From Verrucomicrobiales bacterium (GTDB lineage: Bacteria; Verrucomicrobiota; Verrucomicrobiia; Verrucomicrobiales; V1-33): a DNA stretch of 64,000 nt. The notes beneath the pieces are model-generated. The model was not told where the DNA came from and did no database searches. It saw only the letters and a program-made list of their open reading frames with translations. The stretch lies in contig JANOAV010000060.1 in assembly GCA_031411295.1 (NCBI GenBank), positions 1-64,000 on the forward strand. Direction: 5' to 3'. The translations under genes were made by a program, and so were the position numbers. Each line of letters begins with the position of its first letter. The stretch's first letter is position 1. Below are positions 48,674 through 57,939 of the stretch, piece by piece.

Positions 48674-48714
48674 GTTGGTAGTTGAATTGCTAATGCGGTT
48701 GAGAGCCGATGATC

Positions 48715-50001
48715 TTAGTAGTCGTTGCTCACATCGCCACCGTCTCCCGAACGAACGACGTGCATGTCACTCAAGTTGATGGTTTCCGCACTGATTTGAT
48801 CAGCCAGCGGTGTTGGGGGCAGGGAGCTAACATTTTCGCCTAAAATCTGAGCGACATTGCTCTTCACGCTGTAACCAGGGGAATAAATAGTTGAATTGAG
48901 ACTGTTTGGCAGAAGACGAGTGTATAAATATTCGTAGCCCCAGAAAGTGTAGGTCCCTTCGACCACATTGGTGAATGAATAGGGGACACCATTCCAAGTT
49001 AATTCCTTCGCAGGGCCTGCCCCCGCGCCAGTGGCTGACGTGGCGCGTTTCGCATCAAGTAGCCCCAGGCCGGTCAAATAAAATCCCCCGATTGCTGAGG
49101 TCGTATATCGCATACTATCCGCTAAAGCTACTGGGTTTGAGAAGCCGCCATTTCCTTCGGACCAGCCGGCTGGCAGCGCTGTGCCAGTCGAAGTATTAAG
49201 CGCGACGGCGGGGAATGGGACTTGGCTAGAAATTGAGGTGCCACTAAAAGCAGGTTGATATTGAAGCAGACTCCCTAAGGAACCATAACCTGTTTCCGAT
49301 AGTGTGATGACACGCGTTCCTGAATCCGGGTTAAATCCTGTGCCGTATATAAATTTCCCTTGGTCAGCTGCGTTTCCGGTCCATAGCGCTACAGGAAGAT
49401 CACCATTGGAATAAAGCAAGGAAGCCAATCGCGTTGTCATGTTTGTAATTGGGTTAATAAAACTCCCAACCGAATAACTGGAAACAAATTTAAACGGCAC
49501 TACAGCTACCTGACGATGATAGAAACTTGACTCGAGGTTGCGATTCGTGAGGGGGTAAACTGCTCGGAACGGTGTTGAGGATTGCAAGCAATCAGAGAAG
49601 GCCATATCGGCGGTATGGATATCTGTTCCGGCTGCCACCCCAGGATTACCCGGAATCGACAGCGTTGTCACCGTTGAGGGAATAAACATCGGACGAACAC
49701 CGGCTTCCTCCGCCCCTGTAACGGCCAGCGCTTTAATTCCTGCAACAGAGCCATTCCAAGTCGTGTATATTTCGACACTATTCACCCCCATAGTTCCCTT
49801 GAAAACCGCTTGTGTGGCGGTGTCAATACTCGATCCAGTGAAAGCGTAGGTATAACCTGCCGCCAGATTATTTCGGATTGCTCGATGGGCAGTCTTTCTA
49901 AACGCTGTGGACCCGCAGATGTAAACTGGAGTTTGTGCATTGGCTAAGTCGATGCATGTTAGCAGCGGGATGATGAAGGATAGTGTAAAGGAGAGTTTCA
50001 T
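48715..50001 (-). CDS. Secreted PstS/DING-like (type 2 periplasmic binding fold) protein, paralog 1
   Basis: Signal peptide, then 'ICGSTAFR', 'GSVAGI', 'DMAFSD', 'DSGTR' and 'EGTYTFWGYEYLY', in the order of PstS-family motifs. Confidence 0.7.
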   Translation of the reverse strand: MKLSFTLSFIIPLLTCIDLANAQTPVYICGSTAFRKTAHRAIRNNLAAGYTYAFTGSSIDTATQAVFKGTMGVNSVEIYTTWNGSVAGIKALAVTGAEEAGVRPMFIPSTVTTLSIPGNPGVAAGTDIHTADMAFSDCLQSSTPFRAVYPLTNRNLESSFYHRQVAVVPFKFVSSYSVGSFINPITNMTTRLASLLYSNGDLPVALWTGNAADQGKFIYGTGFNPDSGTRVITLSETGYGSLGSLLQYQPAFSGTSISSQVPFPAVALNTSTGTALPAGWSEGNGGFSNPVALADSMRYTTSAIGGFYLTGLGLLDAKRATSATGAGAGPAKELTWNGVPYSFTNVVEGTYTFWGYEYLYTRLLPNSLNSTIYSPGYSVKSNVAQILGENVSSLPPTPLADQISAETINLSDMHVVRSGDGGDVSNDY

Positions 50002-50029
50002 AGATGAAATTGTAATTTGAATTTAAAAT

Positions 50030-50061
50030 GACTAGTGCGGGTGGGATCACCCGCACTAGTC
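50030..50061 (-). terminator. Intrinsic terminator (copy 2 of a duplicated hairpin)
   Basis: gactagtgcgggtg-ggat-cacccgcactagtc; the stem is identical to 48642-48673. Confidence 0.8.
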
Positions 50062-50101
50062 GTTGGCTGTGTATGACTACTTTGGCGGAGAGCCAAAGGT
50101 C

Positions 50102-51349
50102 TTAGTAATCAGCCGTCACCAGACCTCCGTCAGTAAATCGCACGACGTGCATGTCCTGCAAAGTTAAAGAGTAAGCGGTGGCCTGCAGTGCCAATGGGGT
50201 TGGTGGCAAGGCTACAAAATAGGCACTGAGAGCATTAGCGACTTTCTTCTGGACCGTGGCAGCACCCAGACTGGCACGAGTGCAGATGTATTCGTAGCCC
50301 CAGAAGGTGTAACGTCCCTCAGCCACATTGTCGAAAGAGTAAGGAACACCATTCCAAGTAAGCTCTTTGGCATTGCCTGCACCGGCAGTCGTGCCGACAC
50401 CATTGATGGCACGATCAGCATCCACACCGCCGATTCCGGCAATATAGAACCCGTTGATCCCAGCCGCAGAGGTAGTGCAGCGCAACGCGTCAGCCGTGGC
50501 TGCACCGCCTTGGCCGCCGTTCCCTTCAGCCCACCCCGCAGGCAAAGCTGTCCCGGTAGATAAGTTCAACGCGACCGCAGGGAACGGGCCGTGCGAGGTC
50601 ACTGCGGTGCCGGTAATCACGGGTTTATAATGATAGACGTTTTGGATAGTCCCGTAACCACATTCAGACAAGGTAATAACCCGTGTGCCAGAATCCGGGT
50701 CTCTCCCTGTGGCGTAAACGAATGTGCCCTGATCGGCTGGATTCCCAGTGAACAGAGCTAAAGGAGCCGAACCATTGCCATACAGGGTCTGAGCGAGGAG
50801 GGGAGTCATATTAGTGATGGGGTTGGGGAAAGTGCCGTTTGAATAGCTGGTAACCCAACGAAAAGGAACAACCCCTATTTTCGTTTCACTGAGAGCGGCA
50901 TAACCGGCGGAAATCCGGAAAGGAGTAGAGGCTTGTTGGTTGTCGGTGAAAGCAATGTCAGCAGTAGCCACGGTCGTGCCCGCTGTTGCGTTGGCGGTTC
51001 CAGTGGTCGTGGTAGCTTGGGACGGAGCCAAGAACTTAGGACGGACGCCAGCAGCATTGGGCCCGGTCACCGCGAGCGCTTTGTTCCCGGCTACGGCACC
51101 AGTCCAGCCAGTATAAATATTTACGGTGTCTGTGCCAATGGAGCCCTTAAAGACAGCCTGAGCTGCGCTGTCAATACTAGCGCCGGTGTAAGCAAAAGTA
51201 TAGCCTGCAGTCAGCTTGGCCCGAATGCCTGCATGGGCCTCTGCACGGAACGCCGTGGAGCCAGTGATGAAGATATCGGTCTGGGCCTGGGCTACAGAGA
51301 CCATGGCACTGGCAGCGCAAATCGATGCTAAGAAATAATTGGTTTTCAT
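50102..51349 (-). CDS. Secreted PstS/DING-like protein, paralog 2
   Basis: Signal peptide, then 'ITGSTAFR', 'GAVAGN', 'DIAFTD', 'GRDPDSGTR' and 'EGRYTFWGYEY'. Colinear with 48715-50001. Confidence 0.72.
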   Translation of the reverse strand: MKTNYFLASICAASAMVSVAQAQTDIFITGSTAFRAEAHAGIRAKLTAGYTFAYTGASIDSAAQAVFKGSIGTDTVNIYTGWTGAVAGNKALAVTGPNAAGVRPKFLAPSQATTTTGTANATAGTTVATADIAFTDNQQASTPFRISAGYAALSETKIGVVPFRWVTSYSNGTFPNPITNMTPLLAQTLYGNGSAPLALFTGNPADQGTFVYATGRDPDSGTRVITLSECGYGTIQNVYHYKPVITGTAVTSHGPFPAVALNLSTGTALPAGWAEGNGGQGGAATADALRCTTSAAGINGFYIAGIGGVDADRAINGVGTTAGAGNAKELTWNGVPYSFDNVAEGRYTFWGYEYICTRASLGAATVQKKVANALSAYFVALPPTPLALQATAYSLTLQDMHVVRFTDGGLVTADY

Positions 51350-51402
51350 ATTAGTTGGATGGATTGAATGAGAGTAGTTTATGGGAGATGATTGAGGGGG
51401 GA

Positions 51403-52215
51403 TTAATTGGCAGGACGACGACGACGTGCACCAAATGCTAATCCAGTTAAGGCCAAACAGACGACACCGGTGGGTTCAGGCACAACATTAAAGGTCAGCG
51501 TGCCACTACCACTGAGCGTGAATGTTCCCTCGTAGGAGCCCAGCGCTGCTGCCGTCCCCACCCGCGGGGCGGTGCGGAATAGATCCAACGACGTGCCAGC
51601 GGCTCCGTTACCAAAGTTTCCTTCCATACCAGTTGAAAAGTAGCCAAATGGAACAGCCGCACCAGCCAGAGAAGTGTAACTAAATGCATCTGAAGCGGTT
51701 GTAAATGCTGCATTCGCAGCAGTAGCCGTTGAAGTAGCCGAAAAAGCGAGCCAGTTGTCCTTCATTGTGATTATTTTTCCGGCTGGAGCAAACTGAGAGG
51801 CGGAGGTTTGACGACTAAGTCCAGTCAGGTCTGCTAAGGGGATCGTGCCATCGCTCCCAAGGGACGAATACAAAGTTCTGGTTGGATCGCCATCAAAAGT
51901 GCCGGTTGGGGAACTGGAATTAGTTCCCACGACGCCCCAGATCACTTTGGGGTCAGTGGCCCAGCCGGAACCGAAAACTACTCCTAGATCCGATGCTATG
52001 GTTCCGACTGCAACTTGGAAGGTTGCGGTGGCGTCTCGATAGCTGGAACCAGCCCCAATATTCACGAGATAGGATTGGGTCACGTTCGTATCCGTGCTGC
52101 GGAAGCCTAGGAAAATATCCCCGGGAGTGTAGGTCAGGGCGGCCTGACTGGTGGAGGCTGTCATCAAGCCGCCTAGGAGGAGCAGGAGTGACGCTTTGAG
52201 TTTAAATGGGTTCAT
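51403..52215 (-). CDS. PEP-CTERM surface protein
   Basis: Signal peptide (..TSQA). C-terminus VPEPTGVVCLALTGLAFGARRRRPAN. Confidence 0.9.
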   Translation of the reverse strand: MNPFKLKASLLLLLGGLMTASTSQAALTYTPGDIFLGFRSTDTNVTQSYLVNIGAGSSYRDATATFQVAVGTIASDLGVVFGSGWATDPKVIWGVVGTNSSSPTGTFDGDPTRTLYSSLGSDGTIPLADLTGLSRQTSASQFAPAGKIITMKDNWLAFSATSTATAANAAFTTASDAFSYTSLAGAAVPFGYFSTGMEGNFGNGAAGTSLDLFRTAPRVGTAAALGSYEGTFTLSGSGTLTFNVVPEPTGVVCLALTGLAFGARRRRPAN

Positions 52216-52519
52216 GCGTTGCTTGTAGAGTAGTTGTTAGTTTGCAAATACCAGAGCGGTAATGAGAGAACCGCGCTGACACTGCACCTATTACTTTTCT
52301 GCGACGCAAGAAGCTAATTTATTATGGTGACGTTTCCGTTTAGTCCGTATAAAACAAAATTGTCACATAATGGAAAATTGAACGCTCTCCGTGTGTCGTT
52401 TTCGCCACATTGGATGCTTTTTGGGGTCGTTCTGCCTCCTTCCTCCATGGTTATGCTGGCGGGACTGCCCTCAATAGGAGCGAGCCGTCCCGCAGACGGC
52501 TCCACCTTCGGTAATAGCC

Positions 52520-55500
52520 TTACTTGGTGGCCTGCACGTGGACGAAACGCCGGGTCACGGGGTTGGCGAGGGTGTCTCGGAAGGTGACTTCCTCCAGGCC
52601 GTTGCCGAGATCTGTCGTTGGGCCGACTTGGGCGGTGGTGGCGGCCCAGTCGGTGAGGTCGCTGGAGAATTCGATGACGTAGGTTAGGTCCAGCGCTTTG
52701 GGGCGGCGGCGGAAGGTGACGGTGGCGAAGGTGTCCGGACCGATGGTGACGCTGCCACTGCTAATGACGGCATCGCCTTGAGGAACACGCGGATTGGTGC
52801 CGAAGGCGTATTCGCCCAGGTTGTTCAGGGCGTCGAAATCGGTGTTGGCATCCGGGGCGACGAGCGCGGCGTTGACGGTATTAGCAGGATTCGGTGGGCT
52901 AGGCAGATACATTTCCGCAGCCGTGAAATGATCCCAGCGCCAGCCTTCGTAAACATAAGCGAAGTCGAGATCCGTGGTGCCAGGCGAGCCACCAGCATTG
53001 CCGCTGAGCGCCCAGTGCGTGGGTTGATCGTAGGTAGCGTAGTTGGGAGCAGCGTTCCGCACCACCAACGTGCGTCCACCTGCATCCGCCGGCGGAAACC
53101 AACTGCTTTCATAACGGAAATCGAGGATGACTTCACCCACTCCATCGACCAATTGAATCGTCTCGCCCGAGTTATCGAGATTGCCGGAATATTGACCAGC
53201 AGGCATCACGGTGGGATAGCGCAAAGCAAAGGCCGCAGCATTGCTCACCAGGAGGATGCGACCACCAGCCGGCAGGCTCGTTGGGGTGGAGAAGGCAAAG
53301 GTGAAGCCTTTCTCGAAATGACAGCCATTGAGTTCTAGGGCGGTAGTTCCGATGTTCTGCAATTCAACGAATTCGAAATCGCCTGCATTCACACCAAGGA
53401 TCGCAGCGGCCTCCGCCAGAGTGGGGGGAGCGGGTGCGAAGTTTATTTCTGTGATCCGCAGTTGCTGTTGCGCAGCGGTGGGCGCGACGGGAGTGGTAAA
53501 ACTGGTCACTAGCACGCCCGTGGGAGCGCGCAGTTCGATGATTTCTCCACGCGCGGAAATTTGGCCATTATAGCGATCCTGCACCTGCAACTGCTGACCG
53601 CCCCGTGGTCCGGTGGTGCGGGCCCGGAAGGCGTAACTATTGGGCGAAGCGTAGAGGCTGCCGCCGGCGGGAATCACGGTGCCAGGATCGAACGTCATGC
53701 TCACGGCACCGTCAAGTTTCCAGCCGGAGATATCCGCCTCAAAGCTGCCAGGATTGCTGAGTTGGATGTATTCCTGTTCCTGATTACCGGAAGCGGGATT
53801 GAATTCCACCGACGTAATCGTGATGGGAAAGGAGATCGGCTGGGCGTTCGGAATGATTTGATTGCCCACGCTCCCGCTGGCTACCGAGTAAGTGGTGTAG
53901 AGATCCGTGCGACGTCCGGGGAAGAAATTCAGCACGCCCGCGAGTTGACTGGACGTGCTGGTCGGCACGTTTGGCGAAAGCGCATTCATCCAGGCATTGG
54001 CGCGTTGTTCGAATTTCCCATTCACCGTGCCGGGGGGCTGCAAATACTCATCCATCAGCGTTCGGAGCCGTCGCATGGCCAGCGGTTGCAGGGTGGCATC
54101 ATTGAAGACAAAGTCCCAGAGTTTGTTCCATTGCGGATCAGCTGAGGTCGGTTGTTTCCCGTGCGTGGCGTCGCCAAAGTAGGGATGATACAAGTGCGGC
54201 AGGGAATCGCCCAGGATCCCGAACGTCCAGTCCTTGTCCCACGGGAAGATGCTCCACTCGCGATTCCCATTGGTATCGCGATAGAGATAGAAATTCTTCC
54301 TAACATCGTCCGAGTCCTGCGTAATCCGACTCAGCGCCAGCAGATTCAGCAGGCTGGGGGCATTCACATTATCCCAGAACCAAGCCCGGCGGGCGCTGAC
54401 ATCCACTTGATTCAGCCCTGTGACGAATGCCGTGAGGTCGTCGAGATTTTCGGTTTTGCGCGTCTTCTTTTCGATCCCACTGTTGGCGTCTAAAAATACC
54501 GGACCGGGACCGCGTTGAATGAATTTATACAGCGCGCCCTCTTCATCGAGATTATTGCGCTTCAGGAAATCGTCGTCCACCTGCTCCACATAATAGCCGA
54601 CGCGATCGGCGGCGCTATTGACGCGCAACACAATGGGGAAGGCGACACAGGCGGGATGGCCCGTGAGACGATACGTTTCAAACGCCAGGGAATGGCGAAT
54701 CAGACTGCCATCACTGCCGGGACCATTGAGATTCGCTTCCCCCACGCGACCAAGCTCCGGATTGATGTAACAATGGTCACCGGTGTTGAAATCAAATTTC
54801 TGTGAACCGGCCGAAGTGGCGGCACCACGCACGCGCACGAAGACGTTATCATAAAGCTGGCCATTGAAGAACACCGCACAGCGCGTGCCCGTGGCGTTGC
54901 GGGCATTGGTGGTATTCTGCGTGAACCAATCCCAGAGCGGGATCGTGGCGGTGGCGGTGGATTGCACCATGGTGCCGAGATACTCCGCCGAGTTAAGAGG
55001 ATCGGTAAACAGCGGCCAGCGCGAGCCAGGAGAAGTGGTATCGCTGGCCGTGATATACCAGCGCACCAGATCCCCCGCCGTGCTGGCGGTAGCCGGAATG
55101 GCGGCTCCATAGACGCTGTCTCCCGACGCTCCATCGCCATGCCCCCCATCGTCGAACATTGGAATTTGGATGACGGTCCCATACATCACTCGGTAGTTCA
55201 GATTCACGCCAGTGATCGGACTAAAGGACGGCCGCACGCGGGCGGTAACGATGATGTCATCGGCATCGACGGGTTGCGCCGGAGTGAATTTATCCAAGGT
55301 AATCACGGGCCCCGGCGTGCCCGTGCCACTGACGTTGATAGCTCCGGGAGTAGGCGCAGAGAGGTAAGCGGCGGTGTTGCTGTTGCCGAGAATGCTCGTA
55401 GCAATGAGTTCCGCACTGCAGAGTAAATCGTAGTTGGCAGCACTGATGTTCAGGGCATGGATCGCCAGCACGTTGGTGCCGTTTTGCAGCCATGGCAGGG

Positions 55501-57781
55501 CGTCGCCAAATTCGAACTCCTGATACATCACCGCCTGGCTATCAGGATTCCGTGCGGTGGCTGTCGAGTTCCAGAGGGAGGGCTCAGGCGCATTCACATC
55601 CAGCACCGCATGACCGTTCACATACGCCACGAAGCCGTCGTCATATTTCATCCGCAAGCTGAGTCGGCTCACGGCGGCAGCATTGGCGACCGTGAAGGGA
55701 ATGCGCAGATAGACGCCACTGTTGATTCCATTGGCCGCCGCCTGCACGTCCGTATTGATGTGACTGGCGTAGGCGGAGACAAGGGTCGAGCCACGTTGAA
55801 AATGCAACTGGGCTTCGGCCGCGGTTACTTCTCGATTATAGATCGCCATCTCGTCCAGTTTCCCATTAAAGACGGCGGAGGGATTCGTCGGCACGCCCGT
55901 GTGATTGCTTCCGAACACAGGCGAGTTGGCGATATTCATCGTGTTCGCATTGGTGCCGGAAAGAATCGCCACTCCGTTGAGGTAAGCTGTTAGTGTGCTG
56001 CTGCTGTTGCGCGTGACGACCAGGTGATACCAAGTGTCATTCACCAGCGTGCCGCCCGCCGCTCCGACGAAGCCGCTGTGATATACGCTCAATTTCCCCA
56101 GCACCTGTGATGAGATGTGAATCCCGAAATCGCCTCCGCTTCCTTTGTAGGTAAACAGGTCTCCGCGCACGTTCACGTTGGCCGGATTAAACCACATTTC
56201 GACGGCAAACGGACCGGTGCCCAGATCGAAGGCAGGCGCATCGGGCACGATGATTTGCTGCGTGCTGCCCGTGAATCCCACCGCTGTGTTGGTGGTTTCA
56301 AATCCTACAAAAGCGGGCGGCCGCGGACCGGCCTGGGCTAAAATCGCCCCGCCAGCATACGTCGCATTGGCCGCCGCACCCAGCGAACCGGCATTCACTG
56401 CCGTGGTGCCACTAACCTCACTCGCCCGCCAGTAACCGAGCGGTGTGGAGGCCGCAATGGCATCGGCAAACGTGCCGCCCGGGCCTACCGCACGTTGATA
56501 GCGTGACAACGCTTCCGCAGCGGTCACTTCACGATTAAAGATAGCCGCTTCATCCATCCGGCCATTAAAAGCGATCGCTGGGCTCGTGGGCACCCCGGTA
56601 TGATTACTGCCAAATACGAGTGCGTTGGCAATATTCATCGATCCCGTGGAGGCGCCCGTGAGCACGGCAAAGCCATTGAGATAAGCCGTCAGCGTGCCAC
56701 CCGCATTCCGGGTCACCACCAAGTGATGCCACACCCCATTGGTTACTGTGCCCCCTGCAGTGCCGATGAATCCATTGTGATAAACGCTAATTTTTCCCGC
56801 TGTCTGCGACGCCAAGTGGATCCCGAAATCCCCGCCGGTTCCCTTGTAAGTAAAGAGATCCCCCCGACCAGCGGCATTGGTGGGATTAAACCAAAATTCA
56901 ATGGCATAGGCTCCGGTGCCGAAATCAAATTGCGGAGCATCCGGCACCACGATTTGCTGTGTGCTGCCATTCAAGGCCACGGCGGTATTGGTCGTCTCAA
57001 AGCCATTATACAGGGACGGGCGCGGCCCCACCTGATTCAACGCCGGGTTGCCCGTGTAAGCTCCATTGTAGGCCGCTCCCAGCGATCCGATATTTGCGGC
57101 CACAGTTCCTGAGGTCTCGCTGAATCGCCAGTGCCCTAGGGGCGCAGCGGCGGCCATGGCGTCCGGGAAACTAACATCCTCTGACGAATCCGACCCGCCA
57201 GTATCATAACCGATGCCATTGGTGCCCGCAGTCCACGCGGTGTCGTTGAAACCAGTCTCCGTCCACGTCGTTCCCAGACTGCCGTTGGTGGGCACCGTGT
57301 AACGCAACGCGTTGCCCGCGGTCAGCAGTGTTTGGATCGATGCCTGCACGGGAAATCCGTAACTCAGATTCTGAATCTGCGGCGGAAACGCAGGGGCAAA
57401 TTCCGTCGCCACCGATCCATCCGGCCGCACCAGCGCCAGATATTCGCCACTGGCACTGAGATTGAAATTGGTATGTAAATTGTTGGCCGGGTTGACGCGA
57501 TCTTTCCCCGAGGCAAAAACAACCAACCGCGCCTTTGCCGCCAGCGACTTGGCCGGGAAGCGCCACTTGTTTAAATTTCCCGCCGTGTCCGTCAGCGACC
57601 AGTTGAATAAATTCACTGCTGCGGTGCTGGTATTTTCAATTTCAATCCAGTCCTGATAACTCCCATTCTCATCCGCCAACCCACTGGAGTTGCTGGCCAT
57701 GAATTCAGTGATAACCACTTGGGCAGGAGAGGTGGACGCAAGGCAGCAAAGCAGTGCGGTGATGGGGAGGGAAAATTTCAT
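52520..57781 (-). CDS. Large secreted CotH-kinase-family protein with lamin-tail domains and two LamG-like domains
   Basis: LTD 'VVITEFMASN..DWIEIEN', plus two more LTDs near the C-terminus. Two LamG repeats 'WHHLVVTR..FNGRMDEAAIFNR' and 'WYHLVVTR..FNGKLDEMAIYNR'. CotH 'VRVRG', 'KNFYLYRD..WSIFPWDKDWTFG'. Confidence 0.88.
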   Translation of the reverse strand: MKFSLPITALLCCLASTSPAQVVITEFMASNSSGLADENGSYQDWIEIENTSTAAVNLFNWSLTDTAGNLNKWRFPAKSLAAKARLVVFASGKDRVNPANNLHTNFNLSASGEYLALVRPDGSVATEFAPAFPPQIQNLSYGFPVQASIQTLLTAGNALRYTVPTNGSLGTTWTETGFNDTAWTAGTNGIGYDTGGSDSSEDVSFPDAMAAAAPLGHWRFSETSGTVAANIGSLGAAYNGAYTGNPALNQVGPRPSLYNGFETTNTAVALNGSTQQIVVPDAPQFDFGTGAYAIEFWFNPTNAAGRGDLFTYKGTGGDFGIHLASQTAGKISVYHNGFIGTAGGTVTNGVWHHLVVTRNAGGTLTAYLNGFAVLTGASTGSMNIANALVFGSNHTGVPTSPAIAFNGRMDEAAIFNREVTAAEALSRYQRAVGPGGTFADAIAASTPLGYWRASEVSGTTAVNAGSLGAAANATYAGGAILAQAGPRPPAFVGFETTNTAVGFTGSTQQIIVPDAPAFDLGTGPFAVEMWFNPANVNVRGDLFTYKGSGGDFGIHISSQVLGKLSVYHSGFVGAAGGTLVNDTWYHLVVTRNSSSTLTAYLNGVAILSGTNANTMNIANSPVFGSNHTGVPTNPSAVFNGKLDEMAIYNREVTAAEAQLHFQRGSTLVSAYASHINTDVQAAANGINSGVYLRIPFTVANAAAVSRLSLRMKYDDGFVAYVNGHAVLDVNAPEPSLWNSTATARNPDSQAVMYQEFEFGDALPWLQNGTNVLAIHALNISAANYDLLCSAELIATSILGNSNTAAYLSAPTPGAINVSGTGTPGPVITLDKFTPAQPVDADDIIVTARVRPSFSPITGVNLNYRVMYGTVIQIPMFDDGGHGDGASGDSVYGAAIPATASTAGDLVRWYITASDTTSPGSRWPLFTDPLNSAEYLGTMVQSTATATIPLWDWFTQNTTNARNATGTRCAVFFNGQLYDNVFVRVRGAATSAGSQKFDFNTGDHCYINPELGRVGEANLNGPGSDGSLIRHSLAFETYRLTGHPACVAFPIVLRVNSAADRVGYYVEQVDDDFLKRNNLDEEGALYKFIQRGPGPVFLDANSGIEKKTRKTENLDDLTAFVTGLNQVDVSARRAWFWDNVNAPSLLNLLALSRITQDSDDVRKNFYLYRDTNGNREWSIFPWDKDWTFGILGDSLPHLYHPYFGDATHGKQPTSADPQWNKLWDFVFNDATLQPLAMRRLRTLMDEYLQPPGTVNGKFEQRANAWMNALSPNVPTSTSSQLAGVLNFFPGRRTDLYTTYSVASGSVGNQIIPNAQPISFPITITSVEFNPASGNQEQEYIQLSNPGSFEADISGWKLDGAVSMTFDPGTVIPAGGSLYASPNSYAFRARTTGPRGGQQLQVQDRYNGQISARGEIIELRAPTGVLVTSFTTPVAPTAAQQQLRITEINFAPAPPTLAEAAAILGVNAGDFEFVELQNIGTTALELNGCHFEKGFTFAFSTPTSLPAGGRILLVSNAAAFALRYPTVMPAGQYSGNLDNSGETIQLVDGVGEVILDFRYESSWFPPADAGGRTLVVRNAAPNYATYDQPTHWALSGNAGGSPGTTDLDFAYVYEGWRWDHFTAAEMYLPSPPNPANTVNAALVAPDANTDFDALNNLGEYAFGTNPRVPQGDAVISSGSVTIGPDTFATVTFRRRPKALDLTYVIEFSSDLTDWAATTAQVGPTTDLGNGLEEVTFRDTLANPVTRRFVHVQATK

Positions 57782-57939
57782 GGCGGGAAAAAGTCGAGCG
57801 GAGGGTAGACCAGACTAGCTCAGAATGACCTGAACTGTCATCAACATTATACCACCAATCCGTGATTCCAACACACTTCAAAGTGAGTCCAATCAACGCA
57901 GGGTCAAAGGTCGACAGGTGGAGGCCAGCGCCATGCTGA

